Source: Perkinsus chesapeaki ATCC PRA-425 (lineage: Eukaryota > Protista > Perkinsozoa). Taken from it: DNA of 38,544 nucleotides. Shown here piece by piece: positions 13,941 to 22,227 of this stretch. The stretch lies in contig JAAPAO010000331.1 of assembly GCA_013115145.1 (NCBI GenBank), positions 1 to 38,544 on the forward strand, in the 5' to 3' direction. Each line of letters starts with the position of its first letter. The stretch's first letter is position 1. A program made the translations under genes and the position numbers. The notes beneath the pieces are model-generated. The model saw nothing but the letters and a program-made list of their open reading frames with translations. It did not search any database and was not told the origin of the DNA.

Positions 13941-14190
13941 CAGCTGTATGATGTGTCACTGAACCAGCTGCAACTGTACGAAATGGCCCTGAACGAGCGG
14001 CAACTGCACGGAATGGCACTGTATCAGTTGTAACTGTACCTAACAAAGTTGTACGGAATAATACTGTATCAACTTGATAGTATCAAGTTGATACTATCAA
14101 GTGCAACGAGACGAAATATTACTATACCAACTAATGCAAACATAGTTGGAAATGGACGGTTTGTCACTGTACGAGCTGCAACTGCACGGT
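13941..14190. repeat. Degenerate 30-bp minisatellite
   Basis: CAACTG(T/C)ACG(A/G)AATGGC(A/C)CTG-like units at exact 30-nt spacing (13941, 13971, 14001, 14031), with a further copy near 14165-14190. Confidence 0.75.
14066..14101. repeat. Compound fold-back scar with five alternating arms
   Basis: G-TATCAA-C-TTGATA-G-TATCAA-G-TTGATA-C-TATCAA-G; contains a perfect 22-mer at 14073-14094 (CTTGATAC). Confidence 0.9.
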
Positions 14191-14691
14191 ATGAAACTAA
14201 CACGAATTATGCTGTACGAAATAGGGTTGTAGCAGTTTGACCGCGTACGAATTGGACTCTGTACCACCTTGCACTGTACATATCATACTCGCCCGCCTAA
14301 TCGCGGTGGTCCAAAATGGCTTCTTTTCCCAGGGCACTTTAGATACCACCGTGCGTTCAAACGAGTCAAAATGCTGACTGGCAACATCTACCGGAACACG
14401 ATGTGTCCGACGCTTCCCTCGAATGGTGTTCAGAGGATTCTTCGGCCAGCAGCAACATCAGAGCTGCTCACAAGGCTGCGAACGAGGATAGAGTGCAGAG
14501 CGACTCAAGTTGTGATTCAGTTATGCAGCCTGGCCGCGGCAGGCATCGGACCTCTCAGATCCCTCCGATGACGAATCAGCTCACTGAGCTTGACAAGCTT
14601 GTTGACGAATAGCTTCTCCAGTAGCAGCCTGATTTCTTATTTTTTCTACGTAGACCTCTATAAACGTTTCAAGGGTTCTCGACAGAGATGA

Positions 14692-15875
14692 TATCAAGAC
14701 TTGATAATCAAGTAGTTACATTCATTCAATGCACTAACATATAATTGCACCTCAGGCCCTGAAGGTCAGTGCGCATAGATTGACTTCAATCACAGGCTGA
14801 TTAGGAAGGGTATAATATATGATATTATCATAATGATAATATGATGATCATATCGACGAGACACCAATCGACTAGTTATCAGCAAATGCGAGCATACTCT
14901 CTCAAATCCGAATCGTTGAACGTGATCGAGCTATCAAGGTAGTTTTTGCGTAGCTTCGCATACGTGAATGGGCTCCTTCGTGTGCGCAGTGCATCGTAAT
15001 AGATCGAAACCGGAATATCTCTTTCCGTCTGGGCACGTATGCATACCTTCCATCCCGTCGAATGCTATGATAGAATTGCTATCTTAGAGATAGCAACTGC
15101 GTCCGAGCGCGTCCGCCTGGCGTATGAGTCATACGGTATGACGCGCCACGTGTCTAGGGAAAGTCAGCTCGAGTCACGCAGGTAGTAGTGGAGCTGGATA
15201 CATAAGCAACAACTAACACCATCGATGATATTATCATTGGTCTGCGACTGTATGTGATGTACAGAAGCCGCTACGATAGCCACTGAATCTATTTTATCAT
15301 CTACATCTGCATCTACCATAACACTAGCTAAATCAAAAAATCCGTCTAAAATGTCCTCTACTATTTCGTAACTATTAGATAATTCAATTGTAGCACCTCT
15401 CAAAATTGCGTCAATTTCATGTTAGTTTCCTCGAATGCAGGTCACACAAAGCGGCAGCTGAGCCGGTATCAGTGAGCGGCTCACTTTGAGCCCGTAAAAT
15501 AAATTTTCCTCTAGAGAGCGTTGCATGCTCCATAGCGCTTCCGACACGTCTGGGGTTACAGCGGCATCAGCTGAAGTATCTTGTAGTACTCTCGTTCACT
15601 CTTTCACATCGTCTAGAGAGATTCGATCATCGCATCACGTTACGATCCCTGCGATGCATTACAGGCCAGTTAGCTCGGCGCGACATATCCCTCCTCGCGA
15701 AACTCCGAAAATGCGCAGTAGCTCGCATTGCAAGCCTTACGAATGGAAGTCATGGATTTGTTGGATAATCCAAGTAGGACTCAGGACATCTCTGGATTCA
15801 AAGCAGATTCAAGCCTGACACTGTCACGCTGACAGAGAATGTCTGCGCTCTGACAACGAACTTCGTTGAACGAAG
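14692..15875. repeat. Dispersed 22-nt fold-back scars
   Basis: Perfect: 14692-14713 (TATCAAGT), 14818-14839 (TATGATAA), 15121-15142 (CGTATGAC), 15854-15875 (CAACGAAG). One mismatch: 15471-15492 (AGTGAGCC). Confidence 0.9.
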
Positions 15876-16207
15876 CCCTAATGGAGCCAGTTTGACGGCC
15901 GGAGTCCGGCTTTAGTCTGCGGCTGAGCTGGCTAACGACGGAGTCCGGCGGTCGAACCACCTGACCACTGCTACGGTGCTTGGTATTTGCGGTGGGGGAG
16001 GGTGAGTGATCTGCGTGATAACGATTGGCTCACGTGAATTAGGTACACGTCAAACTCGTACACAGAATTTTTGACTTCTAACTGGTACATCAAACTTATT
16101 TACACCCGAATTCCAGTCAGGGAAATGTGATGTACCAAAAATAGGTCACTACCAAGTCGTACACAAAATCCCGTTCATCTTTGTGTTGCGGACAATGTCC
16201 GCACGAC

Positions 16208-16808
16208 ATGCCATTTTTAACTCGTCAAGTTAAAAATGGCATCACACCCCAAAATTTGGCGCCTAGACCGGGTAAAGTGCGAATCCCAAATTGACCGTCG
16301 ATCAAATGGGAAAGCAGATCGGACGTTAAAACCGGTTCGAGCCTCGAACCGGGAGCCCTCGAGTTTCGAAGAAAATGCTCTGCGGGCTAGACATAGAGCG
16401 GCTGGGTAGACATAATCTTATAACCTGGTTGCCTGATGCACGTCGAAGCGGGTCACAAACCCGAGGTTGGTACTTCACAGTATGTGCAAAACCCACTGGT
16501 AATCGGGGAGTGGCTGGAACATATATCCATCCTGTCACACGAATCCTGTGTCAATAAGCAATGCTAAGCATTGAATGCCCATCAGGGGTCCCGCGATAGT
16601 CAAAGGACGTCGTCCTTTAACCGGCACCAGAAGCGTGAAATTGGCATACTGGCAGTATGATACCGCATTGCAGTAACTGCAACGCATTACGCACTCCAGC
16701 AGCTGGAGTCCACCTCATGGCCTTTCACTGGCTGCCCACTAAACTTTAGTGACTAAAGTAGACTACTACCTTCTCCACAGGGCCGGGCTAACAATGTTAG
16801 CCTAACAT
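16208..16808. repeat. Dense cluster of palindromes and 22-nt scars
   Basis: 16208-16242 15-bp arms with 5-nt loop; 16332-16352 10-bp arms; 16559-16580 (2 mm); 16602-16618; 16645-16666 (1 mm); 16668-16682; 16694-16715 (1 mm); 16737-16758 (CACTAAAG, perfect); 16787-16808 (GCTAACAT, perfect). Confidence 0.9.
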
Positions 16809-16827
16809 TCGTTGCCGAACGACTCGT

Positions 16828-17045
16828 GCGGGTTTGGTGCATTAGATAGCTGAGCTACCTACTGCACCAAACCGTCACGCTATTATCACTATTATCACGC
16901 AAACATAATGAAATGACATTATGTGATGTATACCGCTTGGTGGTGTAAATCAAATGTCATGATCACTCCAAGGACGGCCAAAATGGGCTTGTAGGCAGAG
17001 TTCGGGTAGCCAGATCTTCGAACCGCACGGCCAAACTGATTACAC
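16828..17045. pseudogene. Destroyed copy of the tRNA-Met/tRNA-Leu cassette
   Basis: The first ~23 nt of tRNA-Met (GCGGGTTTGGTGCATTAGATAGC) are followed by their inverted copy. The cassette spacer (AAACATAATGAAATGACATTATGTGATGTATACCGCTTGGTGGTGTAAA) is intact. An 85-nt segment then keeps only the two ends of the Leu tRNA (TGTCA... and ...ACCGCACGGCCAAACTGAT). Confidence 0.85.
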
Positions 17046-17177
17046 ATCCAACGCATTACCGAGTATAGCGCCTTGATACTACTGAATCAGAGTCTTGATA
17101 CTACAGGTACTTATAGAACTGTGAACTGGGTTGCAAAAAGCACCGTCATGGTTCTTTTTGCAACCCATATGGCACCA

Positions 17178-17382
17178 CGGTGGTCACCACCGGGTGGTGC
17201 CGCCACCATAAGGCCACGACCCTTGCTTGACATGCAAATCAGCGGCCGGTTACTGCGACTCTGTGGGAGGCACCTCACAATATGAACTCATATTAGTCGT
17301 ATTATACGACAAGTGGGCCGGTAGTCCAATCACCTCCGCCATAGGTAGTCAGGTGGCCTAGGCAACAGTGTTGCCGCAACAC
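17178..17382. repeat. 22-nt fold-back scars
   Basis: 17178-17199 (CGGTGGTG, perfect), 17296-17310 single fold, 17361-17382 (GGCAACAC, perfect). Confidence 0.9.
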
Positions 17383-17397
17383 TGTCACCACTAATTC

Positions 17398-17606
17398 ACG
17401 TCATAATATGCAGCCCAATCTCTACGAGAGGAAAGGATTGGAACAATTTCAGAATAGGCCGACATCCACTAGGGATGACACAGGACAGACAAATATGGAC
17501 AGAAGAGAGCCATAACTAAAGAGGCATCCCCGACTCAGCCACAGCGAGTTCACAACAGAAACTGCCAGGCAGGGCGGTCAGTCGCACCGTGACACTGTGA
17601 CCGTGT
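17398..17606 (-). pseudogene. Decayed duplicate of a hexosaminidase intron/exon junction (paralogous to 22740-22920)
   Basis: Aligns with 22748-22919. On the minus strand, ...CGTAG|A GAT TGG GCT GCA TAT TAT GAC GTG (DWAAYYDV) matches DWAAFYDV in the main gene and is followed by a stop. Confidence 0.8.
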
Positions 17607-18041
17607 GGAAGGTGTCATTATAGACTTTAATAAGTGAAAATAGACCTTGTATTGAGGTAAGTTTTAGCCGGGTTTTCAGTTCTGGGACGCGAGGAATAGG
17701 AATCCGAGGGCGAGGCGGTAGTGTCGTAGGTAGTAGTTACTATAGTTAGTAACTGCTCTTGTGACAAGAGCATACAAAATACAATGAAAATCCTCGAAAC
17801 GTAGAACCTACACTCGAGAGGATTCGCTCGGCAGAAAGAAGTTGTTTCAAACAACATGCGTCTCCTTTGAGCTCATATGCAGGAGTCAACACCAAGCGCG
17901 TCTTATTACAGCACGCATATAACGTCTTATATGAGGCTTGTAACATGAGTTTTATACAAGTCTTTGGAGGCGTTGAAGATTCCTAACTCGCCACTAACAG
18001 CGGGCTTGGCCGCGCACTCCCTTAAATGTCATGTCACTCTC

Positions 18042-18063
18042 ATTTGCAGTGCAAATTTTGCAC
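18042..18063. repeat. Perfect 22-nt fold-back scar (ATTTGCAC)
   Basis: ATTTGCA-G-TGCAAA-T-TTTGCAC. Confidence 0.9.
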
Positions 18064-18227
18064 GCATACCACGCTAAATTGGTAATTCAGAACGACTCGT
18101 GCCTCGGCCGTAATGTGGGGAGGCATCAAAACTTCGAGACTGTCGATGGCAGCTTGTATCATTAACGGTGCACTCTACCTATCCTCCCTTCGTTAGGTCA
18201 CAGTATCCTCCTTTATCCATTTCCCTC

Positions 18228-18671
18228 ATGTCGGAGGCTCTGACCAACCCCTGTATTTCCTTTATGGTGATTCTTTTGTATGTAATTGGAGTAACGGAAT
18301 CTGTGATATACGGCTCGCAGTTTGGGAGCAATGATATCAAACTGTTGGTATTCTCTCCGGATGATGGCCGACCTGCTATCTTCACTCTCACCAATATAAA
18401 GTGTGTAACGGTGCCTGTATCATTCCGACAAAGCCCGACTGGTATTTCGTTCACATTTCGGTGGTCTACCATCGACCGGGTTAATTTTATTGGGGAGCTT
18501 AACAGTCTCGACGTAATTGCAAGAATGGTTCGCCCGGATGGTCTAAAGAAGCTGGTGCTCGACCCACAAATGCCCCTGTTAGACATGGGTGCAGGATATT
18601 GGGCTGGCGGTCGTAGACTCGCTGATGTGGATGCAGAGTTGCTGTACAATCACATCAAATGCGAAGAATGA
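18228..18671 (+). CDS. Intronless hypothetical protein, possibly secreted (start 18228 or 18264)
   Basis: Open frame with a hydrophobic N-terminus (MVILLYVIGVTES) followed by a globular beta-rich-looking sequence. No family recognised, and an equally long antisense ORF exists. Confidence 0.45.
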   Translation: MSEALTNPCISFMVILLYVIGVTESVIYGSQFGSNDIKLLVFSPDDGRPAIFTLTNIKCVTVPVSFRQSPTGISFTFRWSTIDRVNFIGELNSLDVIARMVRPDGLKKLVLDPQMPLLDMGAGYWAGGRRLADVDAELLYNHIKCEE

Positions 18672-19487
18672 CTCACTTCAGCTGCTCTCATGGGCTTTCA
18701 GAAGCCTAACGTTCTTCGACTATCAAAAGATCGAGACTCATTTATCGAGCAGCCTTGGCAGGGGAGTCATCCAATTCATCAGCCGCGATGGCAAGTCGAC
18801 GTGGTGCTACATTTTTTCCAGTAAAACTTGTTATTGTTTTGTTATTGGAGAGTAACAAATCAGTGTCATGTCGAATGAGTGACTCAAACTCCGAACCGAC
18901 GTGCTTTGATTTCATCCCAACCTCTCGAGTGAGCGCACCCTAATTTCACTTCGACACACTTCGTGTACCGTGCTATGAATCCCCTCAACGTATCCAGCAG
19001 GGCCGCTAGAAGCCATAAGCGGGGTGCGAGGACCGACGGATCGCTAAAGGAGGTAGATTCTAGCTCCATCACCAAGTAGGAGCTTTCGGCTTCTACCAGA
19101 CATGAGCCATGTAAGCACTGCTATTTAAGCTGACATTTGTGTAGGTGGATATATTTGTGGCCCAATTCGGCATATAGTTGGGGGATTGAGATTAGTTTTA
19201 CTGTTAATCTACGTTACACTATGTCCAAGTATTGTTATCCCACTACTGTATGCAATGAAATGAGCACATTGTCATAGGAACATCGTTTCATGCAGTTTGT
19301 TCACAAATATTAAATCAGAGAACAGTCGTACGAAAATTTGGTGGAGACAACATGCCGATGAACAGCAAGCTGTTCGGCATCACGAGGCAGAACTATAAAG
19401 TCACTGCAAGCAGGCGATGATCCGCTGTATCGAGTCGTCATCGGAGTTTCCCTAGGGCTCTAGCTTACGTTTCGCTGGCACAGAAAC

Positions 19488-19663
19488 ACCGCTACTAGCG
19501 GTCCGCTAGTGTGACGTTATCAATGATAACTTATCATGGACCTTTTTTTGTTATTCGGACAGCCTTTTCTCACAGTAGAGATATTTCTATTAGGATAGAA
19601 TTAAGGCAAACGTGAAGGCCTGATTAGTTATTAACTAATTGATTTTCTTAGGGGTAACCCCTA
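19488..19663. repeat. 22-nt scars and 1-nt-centred palindromes just upstream of the tRNA cassette
   Basis: 19488-19509 (ACCGCTAG, perfect), 19516-19537 (GTTATCAT, perfect), 19623-19639 and 19649-19663 single folds. Confidence 0.9.
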
Positions 19664-19815
19664 CCGCGAGATTGATGTCCCTATTCGCGAAAATGATTGC
19701 CTTATTCGCCAAAAATTTGTGGCCCTCAAACGCGAAATAGATTTCTGAAAAGCATAGTATACCAATATTCCTAGAATATTAGTCTCCAAAGGCTGAACTA
19801 AATTTTTGTCATCGA

Positions 19816-19888
19816 GCGGCTTTGGCGCAGTAGGTAGCGCGTAGGTCTCATAATCCTAAGGTCGCGAGTTCGATCCTCGCAGGCCGCA
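19816..19888 (+). tRNA. tRNA-Met (CAT), elongator type
   Basis: 73-nt cloverleaf; anticodon loop CT-CAT-AA; T-T at positions 31-39; TTCGATC T-loop; G1-C72, so not the initiator. Confidence 0.97.
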
Positions 19889-19952
19889 CTAATATATCAA
19901 ACATAATGGAATGACATTATGTGATGTATACCACTTGGTGATGTAAAGTTAA

Positions 19953-20034
19953 TGTCAGCTGTGGGATTCGAACCCACGAGGATCTCTCCACCAGAACTTG
20001 AGTCTGGCGCCTTAGACCGCTCGGCCAAACTGAC
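19953..20034 (-). tRNA. tRNA-Leu (CAA)
   Basis: GTCAGTTTGGCCGAGCGGTCTAAGGCGCCAGA-CTCAAGT-TCTGG..., long variable arm, GGTTCGAATCC B box, no intron. Confidence 0.97.
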
Positions 20035-20279
20035 TACACTCAGAACGCATCGCCAAGCACTTGGATTTGGTACTATTCATGTCATCAAGAGGCATCATTC
20101 AACAACACATTAGTACCACGCCATGGCAACCATTATTCAATACGCCAAACTAAGCTTCGTTCAAGCTGCGAACAAGAGTAGTTTTCGAACCAAAAGCCAA
20201 CCAACAGGTTGCGTAACCATGTCAGTCCACCCATGTGGCACGCTAGCAAATAAACGACCCGTCTTAGTGCACTGCCTGA

Positions 20280-20301
20280 CTACTACAGTAGTAGTACTAC
20301 C
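20280..20301. repeat. 22-nt fold-back scar (1 mismatch)
   Basis: CTACTAC-A-GTAGTA-G-TACTACC; low-complexity, so weaker evidence than the others. Confidence 0.65.
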
Positions 20302-20343
20302 CTGGCCTCGAGAAGCACCAAAATGCTGAGTGATGTTGTCCAA

Positions 20344-20430
20344 TGTTAAGTGCTGTAAAGTACCTAACATTAGACTACATCACTTAACATTTTGTAGTCT
20401 AATGTTAAGTACTTTATACAGCACTCAACA
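20344..20430. repeat. Long imperfect inverted repeat (~37-bp arms, 13-nt loop)
   Basis: TGTTAAGTGCTGTAAAGTACCTAACATTAGACTACA ... TGTAGTCTAATGTTAAGTACTTTATACAGCACTCAACA. Confidence 0.85.
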
Positions 20431-21526
20431 GTGTAAATGTATTTTGAAGAGAGCTGGACCGGTCACCGAGAATTGCGGTCCGCAAGGCAAAGCACCAGTG
20501 CAATGCACTCTGCGGATTGTACCACCACACCGTTTCGAGTGTTCGTTCAACAAACTTCGTTGATCTACCGTATAATGCAGTAGACCACAGCTTACAGGAG
20601 GAAAGACACCGGTTGTTCACCAAAATCGAGTCGAACGAGTTCTAACCAGAGTTCTGCAGGTTATTGAAAGATACTTCCACCTTACGAGGTGGAATACCTT
20701 ACAACACGACTTGTATATCCCAGCCGTCACTGTGCGTGTTTCGGATGCTACTTGTGTTGTAATTGGCCGATTGTTTCATTGTCCGTTATCGTTATTAGAC
20801 GTCAGTTGCACATAGAACATGACGAACACAAGAAACAAAATTAATATCAGAAATAGGCGATTTCAAGATTTCTTAAAGCGTTCAAATCCAATCTGCTTTC
20901 ACATAGTTTCATAAACTGGATACACGTCGACGCCGGTTGGAACGTCCCATTCTGGACACCACCACTGATAGTCGGTGAGGTTGAATCTAAAGAGCGAGAA
21001 AAGGACAGTAACTCTAGGAGAATCAAGATCGAACAAAGTACAGTAGTCTCGAGTAGAATATTATATCGCAGTTAGGGCAATTCAATTAACTGCGGTATAC
21101 AACGAGATAAACGATACTGTCGGTATCATACTGAACACACTGTCAGAAAAGAAAACCGGAAATCCGTCACCGGCAGTCTTTTTCAACTCGTAGTTAGGTC
21201 AGGCTTCAACGCCAAGCTAGTGAAGTTTGTAGCATACATCAGCAATAACCTTCAAGGCCAGACTTGGTGACGGCCACGGCATCTTACATATAGGAGGTGC
21301 TGGGATTGGAGATATCCTTATAGTTGCCAATCGGTGCAATATCGCCGGGGGCGCTGTGACCAAGGACGGCTGCAGAGAGAAAGCAGCGGGTTCTGAAAGG
21401 CAATACGAAGTATTATTATTGAAGCTGTCTGGGAAGCTAGTGTGGACAATGTTAATGATCAACATTAACGATTAATAGTTGATGATTCATTCAGAATGGC
21501 TGATTCTGTATGTAATGCTGAAGCAA

Positions 21527-21551
21527 TTGGACAAAGCGACGCTTTGTCCAA
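21527..21551. repeat. Perfect palindrome, 12-bp arms, 1-nt centre
   Basis: TTGGACAAAGCG-A-CGCTTTGTCCAA. Confidence 0.9.
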
Positions 21552-22227
21552 AAAAACGCTTTGTTTGGAGAAATGCATGCATTTTTGGTATACGAGGAGT
21601 TTCAGGTCGAAGTTTGATCGTTTTGGAAGGTTATTGATTCGCCATCATGTATATCGAACTGGTACGCACTACTGATGACCAACAGCTATATGGACTGTTG
21701 AATTATTGTTATTTTTGTGGCTTTATAATATTTCGTTTAGGCTTATCTCCACAAAAAGGTCGATCATACATCGACGGACTTGCCACGTTCAACAGTTCCG
21801 TAAACCCGGAATGGGCTCTCACAAATTATCCAAGTTATAAGCTACAGCCGTAGCTAACAAAAAAGAAAAACTTCAACTCTAACCGAACATTTGAGAAAAT
21901 TCATGGAAATAAGTATTTGATATTGCTCGAAATAATCATCGAAGCTTGAATTTCATTCGACCTCTGCCGAGAGAAAAGTGCTAAGAAAACATTCCACAGG
22001 ATGGTTGTGGATGCAGATTCGTTCTTGCATGAGTAAAATACCATCATTTATTATCTTAAAGATGCGATATTGCTGCACCCCAAAGATACGATGTTTAATT
22101 GAGCACTTCGTCCCCACTGAACCATTTCCACCGGCGGAAGAATGACAATGCTATAATCGCGTAGTAGTTCTGTGATAGTCACAATGATGTCCCAGCCAAA
22201 GATAGACAACTCGTTCTTCATCCTCAC

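Noticed and set aside
14269-14612. Short ORFs vaguely resembling a non-LTR retroelement C-terminus
   Set aside because: No RT or endonuclease motif identifiable.
16980-17000. GCCCATTTTGGC on the minus strand, reminiscent of the dinoflagellate/Perkinsus spliced leader core
   Set aside because: Short partial match only; flanks do not fit the 21-22-nt leader and there is no adjacent donor.
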